DNA of 60,651 nt, the filler included, from Hausera hauseri (taxonomy: Eukaryota), in the NCBI GenBank assembly GCA_046269625.1. It is 11 parts of 11 records of this genome, joined end to end, with 100 filler letters (N's around TTAATTAATTAA, not from the genome) between each part and the next. Parts side by side here need not be neighbours in the genome. Positions count along the whole stretch, not along the records: positions 20,313 to 26,280 come from JBJURY010160976.1; positions 26,381 to 34,678 come from JBJURY010696548.1; positions 34,779 to 39,156 come from JBJURY010609776.1; 8 more parts are not named here. One strand, written 5' to 3'. Of the stretch, positions 24,716 through 37,700 are shown piece after piece; position 1 is the first letter of the stretch, and each line of letters opens with the position of its first letter. Made by a program: the position numbers and the translations under genes. The notes beneath the pieces were generated by a model that saw only the letters and a program-made list of their open reading frames with translations, searched no databases and had not been told where the DNA came from.

Positions 24716-26380
24716 GTGACTGTTTTGTTGATGAACATGGATGAGACAGAATGTACCCTCAGTAATGACTGAGGCTCTTCTGGAAGCATGGACAATCTAT
24801 GGGTTCATTTTACCAAATCATTCTAAAGTTTTTCTTCACTGATTGTGTGATCTAATGTAATAATTGCACTGATATATTTTGCATTGGTATGCATTTTGTT
24901 CTTTACTCAATCATTTCTGTGTAGTATGAGGGATCCAATTTTGAATTCAAAGTTTAAAGACAGTTCACACAAAGTTACTTGAATGTTGAACTTTCTAAGG
25001 ACAAAGTTGTTCTTGTATTTTATGTCATTTTTAGAAATTCCAGTGGTTTAAGAAAACATAGGATTTAGACAGTATAAATGTGACTTCATACATGCTGCAG
25101 AGGTTTTTATACTGCATACTGTGATTTTTTTATTTTTTTACCAGCCACAAATGGGTTTAGTGTGAAGAAGTTACTGCCTTGTAATAATATGCAAAATAAG
25201 TATGAATGTAGTAACTATTTTTTTTGGTGATTTGGTAAGAAGCATTTTAGTTTAGTGTTTAATTGTTGGTAAACTGTTTGCCTTTGCAGCAATTTCAAAT
25301 GTTCTAAATTGTGTCTACATAAATTGAGTACTACAGACGGTTGGTTCAGAATGGTTCAGATGTCAAAACAGATTTAAAACACTTGAGTAACCCTTTAATG
25401 CGTGTTGTAGTAAACCTATGCTAAGGGTTGGGGTCAAAAAGCCCCAAAAGAGCACTTTTTGGTTTTGTGCAATATATATCAGAAAGTAAAACTTGTGGTA
25501 GTTAGAGATTTTACAAAGACAAAAATTCTGCAGGAAGACTGTTTAAAATAAAAGTTTTTATTTTCTGAGATAGTTGTCATTTTGTATTTTTTAACTGAAT
25601 ATGTAGTAAATTGTGGAAAAAAAGTAGTAAATTAAATTCTAATCCACGTGTTGGTGTTACAATTTTGGCATCGCCGCAAAGGAGATAATCCCACAATAGT
25701 GCCGCCGCCTGTAGCAGGAAATACAGCCGAGAATACACAACTACGTTCTCTGGTAGACTGCACCATCATTCAAACAATCAGTAAACCAACATTTGAACCA
25801 TTTGAATGAAATTTCTATAAATGTAACAGTGTAGTGTTGTCACCGCAAACTATGTCGGCAGGTATAGCGTCCATCTGACACAGAAGCATTAAAGAACATA
25901 TTGTAGTTAAGTTGGCAGCACAACACAGTCAAAACCACAGCACATCCAATGTATCTCGAGCAAAAATTGCAGCCAGTGTTGCTCCAAGCATTCGACTCAA
26001 TAGCTGAATGACAAATCGGACTTCCTAGATGAGAAACCAGCACAAACGTAGTGTTTATTTTTGTGCAAATACGTACTTTTATTCCAACCGTCAACTTGCA
26101 CTGTGCCGAGTTCTGAACATCATATTAACAACTAACTAATGTTATCAAATGCAGGTTAGGTTTTTTTTCTAATTAGAGCCCTTGTTTGCCCTATGCCCAA
26201 TGATCTGACTGATGGTGATTATTATTAATGAAATAGTATCAGTGGTTGCTTCCAACTTAAAGTTGTGGATGTTAAACTTGNNNNNNNNNNNNNNNNNNNN
26301 NNNNNNNNNNNNNNNNNNNNNNNNTTAATTAATTAANNNNNNNNNNNNNNNNNNNNNNNNNNNNNNNNNNNNNNNNNNNN

Positions 26381-27045
26381 CGCTATTAGTTATGTAAGTA
26401 CTTTGAGAATAGCTAACGTAGCAAAAGCCAAAACAGTCGCAGAACGCAATGCTGCGGAAAAGGCGACTCTGCCAGATTTAGACGTCATGATGACAACTCA
26501 GTTAATAAATAGCATATGGTCAAAAGATCTAATTAAACAGTTAATTTTGGCCAGATCCGACAATTGTGAGAAAACGTTAAAATTAGCCCAAGACTTAGAG
26601 ATGGAATTGAAGAGATATGCCAAACAAGGTGATAAATATGGAAAAAATAATGACCGCAATAATCGAAATAGAAACGAGGACCAAGACAACAGATGATTTA
26701 ATGATAATAACCGAAGCCAAGGTTTTTATAATATGAACAGAAATCAAAAAGACAATAGAAATTTTAGTAATAAACGGAATACATTCAGCTCATATAATAA
26801 ACCGGGTTATAGTCCTGACAGGAATCAAGGCAGTTACCGACTAAATAATACATATACGGATAATCGGAATAATGAAAATAGATATGACGAAGATAACAGA
26901 CAAATATCACAAAACCAGAATAAAAATGTAAACAGATCAAAATCACCTTTGAATATAAATGGCCGACAAAGGATTGGCCGAAATGGGAATTTAATTTGCT
27001 TTACATGCGGTAAAGAAGGACATATTGCTAGATAATGCCCAAATT
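26381..27045 (+). pseudogene. gag: Gag C-terminus with N/R-rich linker and CCHC knuckle
   Basis: TLKLAQDLE; LICFTCGKEGHIAR*C; ORFs 26403, 26733 and 27084 share one frame. Confidence 0.85.
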
Positions 27046-29897
27046 TTAGAAGTGTCGCATTCACTGAACCAAACAAAACTAGTATGATTAAAAATAGCTT
27101 AGAAGCCATCAATGGTAAACGAGGTGATATAAGTATGATTATTGAAATGCAAGATTTGCGTAGGTCCGTAAGGAATCTAGGCGAAACTACTAATCCTGAA
27201 GTAATTAAGGCTAGAAAAGAATACGAAGAGAAATTACGGTTACTGGAAGTCTATCACGGACTAAGAGAACCACAAACCGAAGAAGAATATGCACTAGCAC
27301 AAAATAATACAAATATGGCGCGCAAAAAGTCTATTCCGCAACCAATAGCCCAGTCGGAGAAACAAACGGTATTTCAGATTGTAGATTTAGATGCAGAAGT
27401 CAAAAAATATAATCCAGACAAAACAACAGATGGAATTGAATGCAAATTTATTGGGCCTTCAGTTCTCAAAATAACGAAAAATAAGGGCAGAAGCCCATCG
27501 CCTAAGAGAAAATCTAAGACTCGCTCAAGATCTCCCATTAAAAAGGACGTGGAAGGAAAAGGAAACTTGTATACCGCTATCTTATTAGACTACTCGCCTT
27601 TAAATACGCCCGAAAGGACTTTAGAAACGTTGGAAACACCAGACATGATAAACATTAATAACGAAATCAATGAAATTTGTCCACTTCCCACTAGTGTGGA
27701 AGAAACGGAAGATGATAATAATATTGATGCAAAAAATGGAAAGTTCGACGTTCATGGAAGAATGCTGATGAACTAAAGAGAATAAGAATTAGACGTCACA
27801 ACCCGGAGGTACTCCGACACAATTTAGAAAGACTTAAACAGATCAGAAAACAAGCAGATATATCTGGTAAAGAGCAACAATTTGCGGAGAAATTATATAA
27901 AAATTTGAAATTATGCAGCGAAGGAAAGCTCGACGAAGCAATCGAATTAAGACAACCCGAAGAAGTGCCACGAGATACATTGATGAAATGAAACCATGAA
28001 TTAGAGTTATGAATTAAAAGTGGAATCAAATTTTCGGAAGGATGGAGTATAGACGAAGATAGTACCGATGTAAAAGCAGCTGAAGTTCAAACACTACTAC
28101 CGACCTTAGAAGCTAATCCAAAGTTGAAGAGAGTAGCCCGTAACTTAGAACGTAAGATGAATGAAACCCGTAATGCAATGATCAACCGGCTTAGAGAAAA
28201 ACTGGTTAGTATTCGAAAGGATACTGATTTAGAAATATTGGGTATATACCCGATAGATATTCCTCCCCTAATGGAGATGATAAAAATTGCCTTTACCGAA
28301 CCCTGACGGTATACGAATTTAGAGAATCGTATTAAAATGAAGAATGAAAGAAGGTCACAGATCAGCAGTTTGAGAAATCGAATTATGTTAGTGAATAATG
28401 AAGAAACCGGATATATAATAAAGGCATGCATCACAGAATTCGATGAATATAAGGATGAGTTCAACTATATTAGCCAGATAATAAATTTCATAAAGGGTCC
28501 AGATGACGAGCTAAAGAATGCATATAAGTTGCTAGACAAAGCAGTATTAGCAAAGCCAATAATAGCCAATCAATTGTCAGAATGGTCCGAACTAACAACG
28601 AAAGTAAGTAAATTAGTAGAAGACCGTAAGAAAGAATTTCCAGAAAGTGAACAGTCTGTAAAAAAGCAATTAGAAGAAAGTGCACGTAATTTAAATACTA
28701 TACAAACAGAGAAAATATCCAAACGCAATTTGAAGCCTTACGAAGGCTAAATTTTATGAAGAAGAAACAAGAAGAAATGATATTGGAAGATATATATATA
28801 AATGATCGAAGAAACAAACTTTACAGAAAAGCAAAATATGAGTTACAATTTTTACTCAAGATTAAGAAACATCCGACGGGAAGGATTCCAACATTTAACA
28901 GATAGACCTATTGACGAGATTTCAATCCAGGATATCGAAGCCTTAGATATTTGTCCAAAACATAGAGCAGCCCTAACAGAAGCAGTAAGGTTCTTACACA
29001 AACCACGAAAATGGATGGCCGGTACATATCAGAATTGTCATACCGAATTGACGAAAATAAGAAACAACCAACGTCTTAGTGTCGAAGAATCTAAGTTAGT
29101 AAAGAAATTGCTGGATGCAATGGATCCCGACTCAAAAGTTATAAATAAGATGTATGCGTTAGCCTACTTATTAGTAGAAATGGCGGCGATTAATTATGAG
29201 AATATGAGGCAATTGGTGCCCAAATTACAACAAGTTGAAGAAACGTGCATCAGAACGAAACAATGAGCAACAAGGTTAAATGAACTAGTAAAAGAGTTTG
29301 AAAGCTACAGGAACAAATACGCCTTTACGGAATCAGAAATTAAAGATAAGTTAATTTGTACAAAGATTGCAAAGGGATGTAGTTATGGAGCTAACCGATT
29401 ATCACCAAAAAGGATTCATCAATTCTAACGAGTTAGGCGAACTACTGAAAATGATTCAATATGCCTGTGGAAACGGAATAGGTTTCCGGACTACACAGAT
29501 GAAAGAAATACAACCAAGACTGAAAGAAATTTGAGAGAATGTACAGAGAACGAACGCAGCTTTATTAGACTACGGACTCCCAGAAATTTGGAATGAACCC
29601 CAATGGGATGCTTATTTAGAAGCAATAACGGCCGAAAATCCGTTAACTCCGGTACATCTAAACGAAAGAGAAATGTATCCGCAGAAGAGAAGATTCAATA
29701 TGGAAATGCTCCTGGACTCAGCGTTAACCGAAATATAATTGATTAAACTAATTAACGTAAAAAATTTTGAAAATAAGCTAAGACAACTTATTCCGACCTT
29801 CACTAAATTATCTAGTGAGAACACAATTTACAGCGCGGTGCCGAAACTTTTGATGAAGAAGTATGCGAACATCTTGGGGGCTAAGCCTAAGGTAACG

Positions 29898-30119
29898 ATG
29901 AAAGTAATGGTATCATCCGAGTGGATGGCAGAAAAGGAATGTAAGCTAACTACTTATTCCTACGTAAAGGACGTAAGAAAATGGTTATTATATAATGGCG
30001 GAACAAACGAGCTAAATTACAGATTTTACTTTAGAGAAAGAATACTCGACGATTTAGAACAGTTAATAGAGGTTGGAATTATTCCCGACGAAACAGATCG
30101 AACATTGGTAGTAATAGTC
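29898..30119 (+). other. Ubiquitin-like domain inside the retroelement polyprotein
   Basis: Gapless register with ubiquitin: M1, V23, V26, L30, G35, R42, F45, L50, D52, L56, I61, then TLVVIV. No terminal GG. Confidence 0.72.
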
Positions 30120-30298
30120 AATGAACAGAAAAAGGAAGAAGCCAAGCGTAAGGCTAAGACTGAACAATGTGTAGGGCAAATCATGAGAGTACGAGATGCT
30201 GCGATGTATTTTGAGTATTTACAAATGGATGAAGCAAGGAACAATACGATAAGAATTTAGTGCCATCGAGTGGAATAATGATTAATGTCCCAAGACCA

Positions 30299-30325
30299 AA
30301 ACGCCCAGTCGGTAGGCCTAGAAAA
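30299..30325 (+). other. AT-hook motif
   Basis: KRPVGRPRK. Confidence 0.55.
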
Positions 30326-30841
30326 GCCCGAGGAGAAGCGGACAACAACAGAGAATTGATTAGAGAATTGAGGCAAATGCCAATTTCCACTTTCAGTACG
30401 GATATTGAAGAATTAAATGAATTAATGAGAAATTTAATAGGAATCGTAAATTATTCGAGCCTTCGGGGAGACACATTAGATGAGAAAAAGAAAGCTATAT
30501 TTAACGCAGCTAGGACAATAAGAAGTTCACATTTCAAGTTATCCAAAAGTAACCCAACTGACGACGCAGTAGTTGAAAAAATTGTGGTGGAGAATACGAC
30601 AGAAGATCTAAGGAAAGTATTATTGTACTTGGCAATCAAGACAAATCCCAATCGAGAAAATGAATTCAATCGAGCTACAAGCTTGGCACGGAAAGCGGAT
30701 AGGAAGCTTTCCTGCAAAGTAAATTGCCCAAGATTATTTGGTAAGGAAGAAGAAAAAAGAACCAATAGCAACAGTAGGCTCGAAGACATCATACGTAACT
30801 TGACGACAACAGAAAATAACAACAGGAAAAATAAATCTAAT

Positions 30842-32944
30842 TGGTTAATTAGCTTACTCACCATAATGATGTTAATAAAACAGATGGGTGCTGTTACTTT
30901 CTACGACTGTGATAGATTTAAGCTTGGGCAAAAACATTCACTAATGGACTTAGAGGTATGTGAAGATAACAGATCACATAAATTGGAAACAAAGGAGAAG
31001 AGTTACTTCCTGTACCAACAACAAGAGTTGATATCTTTGAACGGCATGGAATGTATATTGAGACAATACCGTAGCATTTTCCATTGTGGATTAATGCATG
31101 TACGTTCCTCGATAATCAAACCGACGACTCCTCCAATTCCAATGAATTTGAAAAGATAACACTGCAAACAGGCTCGAGAGACCGAAAGACTAAAATGGAA
31201 TAGTATGGAACTAGAGATGCAGCCTGAAAAGATAATTAGAGCATATAAGATAGTAGTCGGCAGACTAGATATGCATAATGGGCAATGTAGCGGAGCAGAA
31301 TACGTCACCGGAAAAGGATTGGAAGAAAACGTAGTAGTAATAGACTTTTAAGAATCGGAAATGCGAGTCCAGAAAGTGATGTCCCATAGCGTAACTAAAT
31401 TATATACCGAGAATCAAAAATGTCACATACAGGACAGCACCTGTGATTTTGGAAGTTCTGTCGTAATATGGGAACCACCCGCTGGAAAAGGCTGTAACTT
31501 TATTAAGATTAAGGAACCGAAATTTACCGAGACTACCGGAAAACGATACATAGACAAATCCGATGTCAGTTCAAGACCACGTGAAGACGTACCAGAGCAT
31601 CATACACCTACGATATTAATCTCGGATCAACATGGGTTAAAATTCATAAAAAGGAAATGATTTTCCGTTGTAAAGTGGTAATGTCCACTACTAACTGTGA
31701 AGCGTTCATCGTCGCAGAAACGGAGATAAACGCAAAAACATACAACTTGGAAACGCAAGAAATTCGAATCGAAGATTATCTGAAAAACCAAGACGATTAT
31801 TTTTATTATAAAGGACAAGTCGGGATAGCCGAACTATACCACAACATGATAACTAATGATTGCAAATTGGATACGTAGATTATGAGGACAAAATTAGCTC
31901 TTATTTGTGCAAATCCTGAGCTAGCCTCACCGATTATTCCCATGAGAAAAGGAATCTTTGGTCGAGTTACTGGCGAAGTTCTACTGACATATGAGTGCGA
32001 GAAAAGAGACGTACCAATTAATGTCGAAGAAAAACGATGTATTCAAGAGCTTCCTATGATCTATGAGAATACTCCACGGTTAGCCATTCCCCTCAAGAGT
32101 ATTGCTAAACAACGCAACACAACCTACAATCTTAAAGGATTGTAAGACAAGTTTGGGTGAGCCAATGTTTAGACGTAGCCAAACAGATTGGATTAGCTTA
32201 CCAAATGGAGGTATCACGATCGTTCCTAAAAAACTGACTGGAACTAATTTAGCGAAAGGAATTACCCACGACAAGTTTCAGGATACGTCACAAAAGGGCA
32301 TTTGCAGACCCAAAGTAATCGAAGCTTTTAGACAATTTTTCGCTTTTCCACGGCAGCAAACACACGAATTAAACCGAGCAATAACATCAGTGGTAAATGA
32401 TACCCTTTATCAGGCTAAATGAGAATCTTTACTCGGTGCGAATCATTACCAACGGGTGACCACCGAAATACTCTACAAAATATGTGGAAGATTTTTAATT
32501 TTTGGACGAGCCGCATCTGGATTTTTAGCAATTTATTTCTTGATACAGTTAATAAAAGCAGTAATTCAGGCGGTTATAAATCGATATGAAATATTTACGC
32601 TAATTGGATTTTCTTGCAAGATTTTAACTACAATTATCACACCGTTCGGCAAAATTCTTAAAGCCTACGAAGAAAATGGGTGGAAAAATGACGTTGAAAG
32701 CCATGTCGGCTACCGTAATTACAAACGACGAGCAAGACCCACATTTCTATCGAAACGTAAGGATAACAAATTAACAACACAAAGAGATAAGTCCGATGAT
32801 GACGAGCCTAAGGGAGCAGAAGCAATCCTCAGACCAAATAGACAAAAAATGTATTCAGTAATTAAGTTACTTTTACCCACCATTCCGCAGACAGCTCCAA
32901 TATATGAAGACTGCGACAGAACATTTATGATGTCATACAAATAG
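30842..32944 (+). pseudogene. env: Chuvirus-like (class III, gB-related) envelope glycoprotein
   Basis: Signal WLISLLTIMMLIKQMGA|VTFYDC..SLMDLEVC..LYQ..C..RSIFHCG; GQCSG; VVIWEP..C; ELYHNMITNDC; GRVTGEVL..C..V.INVEEKRCIQELP; DCK..PMF..W; TM region FLIFGRAASGFLAIYFLIQLIKAVI..GFSCKIL. Confidence 0.85.
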
Positions 32945-33319
32945 GAAACTCATCGAAAACCCTTCAGCTATAAAGATCCTTGTGAAGGAACAAAACAATA
33001 CGGAGTATTAAAGAAAATGCAAATCACTAATCAGCGACGGGCGGAAGATGACCATAAAATATTGTACTCACCAAGAATAGCTCGTAATATAGAATCAAGA
33101 TCGACAGTTTGGGAAATATAAGGAAGGGAATCACTCCAAAACCCAATAATACAATAATCATTAATTAGAAACAACACAGGTAGCATAGAAATCAACAACT
33201 TATACCCTAACGAAGAAATAAAACAGTTGACCGAAAATATTATTTCATCACCCAAGATAACAATAAACGGACATAAGATTTCCTCAATTAAACGACCGAA
33301 GGACATATCGAGTTGTTAT

Positions 33320-33650
33320 GGAACAATTATGGAAGGAAGGCCCTTCACAAAAGTTACCATTGAGGACTGGGAAGTCTATGCCTTAATCGACACCGGATCA
33401 GAAAAATTGTTTAACAAATTAGAATCAATACCACAGACACTACGAAAACAACTGCAGCCGGCATCATCGTCAGATCCAAGCAGCATAGGAGCCTTCGGGC
33501 AAGAATCTAAACCGAAATTTAAGTAGAGTCCCTTATTTCAATTAAAGGGTCAAATCCTTCGACACGAGTTTGCCATAATGGGTCAAATAACCGATGATGT
33601 AGTGTTAGGTTGCGATATATTGAAACAGTTGCCCAATATCGCAATAAATT
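33320..33650 (+). pseudogene. Retropepsin aspartic protease
   Basis: RPFTKVTIEDWEVYALIDTGSE ... DDVVLGCDIL; same frame as the env C-terminus. Confidence 0.88.
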
Positions 33651-34049
33651 TACATACGGGAAAAGTGCTTGAACTCGGACCAGTGAAGGGGATTAAAACA
33701 ATGAAAGAAAGGAAACTAGGAGAAATATAGATCCCTGTCGACGAAAATATTCTGCCCAAAACCGAAATGCTAATTTATGTTTAAATCCGGGAAGAAGACG
33801 ACCAACCAGTATACTATGAGCCACAGGACGATGTTAACCCAAATATCATACTCAGTAACATTTTGACAAGAGTGGTGACCGGTCGAGTATTAATTAGGTT
33901 AGTGAATAATGCACAATCACCGTAAGGTTGTATGCCAATACTTCATTGGACCATACTTGTAAGGTATCGGCAATAACAATCGAAGAAAAACCATACAAAT
34001 ATGCTGAGTTTCCACCCCACGTTGAAACGAAGTTTTCACCAGAAGCATA

Positions 34050-34678
34050 TTGTCAATTTTATGAATTACTATGCAGATATAAATCGATTATTGCCCAAAG
34101 TGAACAGGATATAGGTAGAACAAAACCTTAAGGTTAACCATTCCATTAAAAAAGAAACCTGGTGCCAATGATGAAATTGATTTGGAAAAGCAAAAGATGC
34201 CTAAATGGCACCCATCGCCTCATTCACTAGGGCCCGAAATAACTAAATAGGTAGAACATATGTTTAAGACCGACATAATACGACCAAGTTACAGATTTTG
34301 GTACTCACGAATACTTATGGTCAAAAAGAAAGGCACCACTAAACGTAGATTCTGTATAGACTGTCGAGCTCTGAACACCCTTATGATGAAAGATTTATTC
34401 CCACTACCATCAGTAAAGGAAGCATTAGACAGATTATCAGGAGCAAAGTGGTTTACCGCGCTGGATTTACAATCAGAATACTGGCAGGTAGAAATCGGAG
34501 AAGACGATAGTTATAAAACAGCATTTAAAACGCACGGCGAAGTCTACAAATTTAAGATTATGCCATTCGGTATAACAACCGGCCCAGCTATCTTCACCAG
34601 AATGATGAATAAAATGTTAATTGGACTCGATCACGCGTTTGCCTATCTAGATGATGTAATGATAGCATCAAAAACAGA
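34050..34678 (+). pseudogene. pol: Gypsy reverse transcriptase, truncated by the linker
   Basis: DIGRT, IIRPS, RFCIDCRALN, FPLP, FTALDLQSEYWQV, KTAF, MPFG, AYLDDVMI. Confidence 0.93.
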
Positions 34679-34778
34679 NNNNNNNNNNNNNNNNNNNNNN
34701 NNNNNNNNNNNNNNNNNNNNNNTTAATTAATTAANNNNNNNNNNNNNNNNNNNNNNNNNNNNNNNNNNNNNNNNNNNN

Positions 34779-37700
34779 AGATGTTTCGTTGCCATTATAT
34801 TAACAACGGTTTGCAATCAATCTGTATAACAAAATAATGAGCTGTAAGTAAATGGGAAAAATGTCCTAAAGCAAGAACGATTGCCAGCAGTTCCCAATCG
34901 AAAGTTGAATATCTAGTTTCGGGTGGTATTAATTTTCGAGAAAAGAATTCTAGAGGCTGGTTTTCGCTTTTATACAACTGATGTAGTACGGCGCCTACTG
35001 CGATGTTTGATGCATCTGTGGTAAAAATTAGCTCAGCGTCAGGCGTAGAAAATGCTACTATTTCAACAGTCTTTAGTCCATCGCGTAGCCTATCAAACCT
35101 GTTAACCAGTTGTGGTATCCACTGGATTTTCTGGTGTTTTTTCCTCCGCTTAAGTGTGCAAAAGTGCCGTGAGTTCCAAACAATATGGGATATATTTGTG
35201 GAAGAAATGCAAGGTGTTAAAAAAGCTGCGCATTTCTGTGGTTGTCCTATGTAGTTGGACGTTTTCAAGAGTCTCAACTCGATCAGGCTGAGGTAAATGG
35301 CCGTATGATGAAATAATATGTCCAAGAAAATTAACGTTTTTGGAAGAAGTTACATTTTGCAAAATTGATCTGTAGGTTGAACTGATAAAGTCGTTTAAAG
35401 ATAGATCGTAGATGTTCTTCGTGTTGTTTAACAGAAGAAGAAGCAACCAAGATATCGTCAATATATGGGTGTGCAAAAGGGAAGTCTGAAAGGATTGAAT
35501 CGACGTATCACTGAAAAGTCTGCGCAGCATTTCGGAGACCGAAAGGCATGTACAAGTACTGATAAAGACCGAAAGGTGTGGTAACTGCAGTTTTCTCGAT
35601 GTCTTCCGATGCGACAGGAAGTTGGTAGTATGCTTTGGCTAAATCAATTGTTGAATAAACTGTAGTCCTTCTCGTATTCTATCGAATTTATTGACTAGTT
35701 GTGGTGTCCACACGATTTTCTGGTGTATTTTTTTCCTCCGCTTAAATGTACAAAAGGTGCCGCGAGTTCCAAACAATATGGAATATATTTGTGGACGAAA
35801 TGCAGGGTACAGAGAAAACTGCGCATTTCTGTTGTTGTCTTAGGTAGTTGGACATTTCTAAGAGTCTCGACTCGATCAGGCTGAGGTATATGGACGTTTG
35901 AAGAGATAATATGTCCGAGGAAATTAACGCGTTTCTAAAAGAAGTTACATTTCGCAAAATTGATCTGTAGATTGAACTGGTTAAGTCGTTTGAAGATAGA
36001 TCGTAGGTGTTCCTCGTGTTGTTTAACAGAAGTAGAGGCAACCAAGATATCGTCAATATATGGATGCGCAAAAGTGAAGTTTGAAAGGATTGAATCGATG
36101 TGTCGGTGAAAAATCTGCGCGGCATTATTGAGACCGAAAGGCATATACAAGTACTCATAAAGACCAAAAGGTGTGGTAACTGCAGTCATCTCTATGTCTT
36201 CCGGTGCGACAGGAATTTGGTTGTGAGCTTTAGCTAAATCAATTGTTGAATAAACTGAAGTAGTATCAAGCCGATGTAATATGCCTTTGATTAATGGTAG
36301 TGGATATGCATCCATTATGGTTAAAGTATTAAGCTGGCGGTAATCGCCGCAAGGTCGGAAGGATCCATCCTTTTTTTGGACAACATAGATAGGCGAAGAC
36401 CATGGGGATTTAGATCTAGGCGCAATACCTGATTTTTCGAGTTCGAAAAATTCGCCTCTACTGCATGCCTGCGACGAGGTGACAATGGATGAACCTTTTG
36501 TTGAATTGGTCTTTGATGTCATGTAATTATATGGTGGTAAATGTCGTTTACAGGGGTGAAGTCCCGATCTTTCTGAAGTATACAAGGATAAGAAGTATGG
36601 ATGAATTGTTGTAAACTTGCGGTTAGATGCTGGAATGTTGTTAGAGACAGTGAACCAAGGTTGCTAACAGTACTTGGTATAATGTGGTTGGTTGTTGATG
36701 AGGAATCGGGTGGGATTTGGAGTAGGATGGTCTGGTCCGGAACCCTATTTTAGTGGGTGTTGTTGTTCAATGATTTTATTGAAAATACCAGATCGTGGAT
36801 GTCGACATTGATCTGCGATTGGCTGTCGACATTGTTCTATGGAAGCTTACGATGTAAAACGTGATAGTTATTGGAATTATAATGAGGTACTGACTGTTTT
36901 AAAATAGATTATCTACTTACTGTTAACTGTGTTGTCGTTGGGGTGTTGTGTATTCCTGTGCTACGGTCTACAGGTGTATTCGATTTCAATAAGCGGCGGT
37001 TACAATCGACTAGCAAATTATAGTGCGAAAGGAAATCGGAGCCAAGTATTGCTGTCTGGACGTTAGTGACTGTAAACGTCCAATGGAATGAAGAGGAAAA
37101 TTTTGGTAGCGTGAAAAATAATTTGAAAATTCCCTCAATATGGAGAGGTTGACAGGAGGCGGTGTATAAAGGTTTTATTTTAGGTGAAGAATGCTGAACC
37201 GGAAAAGAAAGTGGTAGAAGGGAAAAATCGCTGCGCCAGTATCGATAAGAAAGTCTAAGGATTGAATGTTAGGATTAGAGATAGCAGCTTTTAGTGTAAA
37301 GACTGAAAATGACGTGTGTCGGCAAGACGAATTAAGTAAGTTGCCTTTGCCAGAATCTGCCGAGAATACTGGCGGCAAAATCAGTTTTTCGGATTGGTGA
37401 GTTAGAATGGTTATTGTTAGAGAAATTGGAACGTCTATCAGTGGTGTAGTTATTGTTAGTTTTGTAGTTACAGCCGGAAATACAATTCCGAGCATTAGAT
37501 CCAAATTTTGCATTATAGATGCAAACTATGTTATCCGAGTGTAGATTCGGCGAATAATATCTACACCCTAAACAGCATTTATTTGCTTTGTTATTAAATT
37601 TATTGTGATAATAACATAAATGCCCGCGCTGGTGACGGTGTTCGATTTCTGGAAAGAGAGGCGAGGAAGCATTCCGTCGATGTAAGGAAAGGTCATTCAG

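Larger units (their letters stand above)
26381..34678 (+). mobile_element. Gypsy-like retroelement with gag - UBL/AT-hook region - chuvirus-like env - protease - RT order, decayed
   Basis: Continuous plus-strand coding across the whole segment, with domains in that order; both ends are cut by linkers. Confidence 0.85.

Noticed and set aside
26381-34678. Alternative genetic code or programmed readthrough explaining the many in-frame stops
   Set aside because: All three stop codons and multiple frameshifts occur, including inside conserved motifs; ordinary decay is sufficient.
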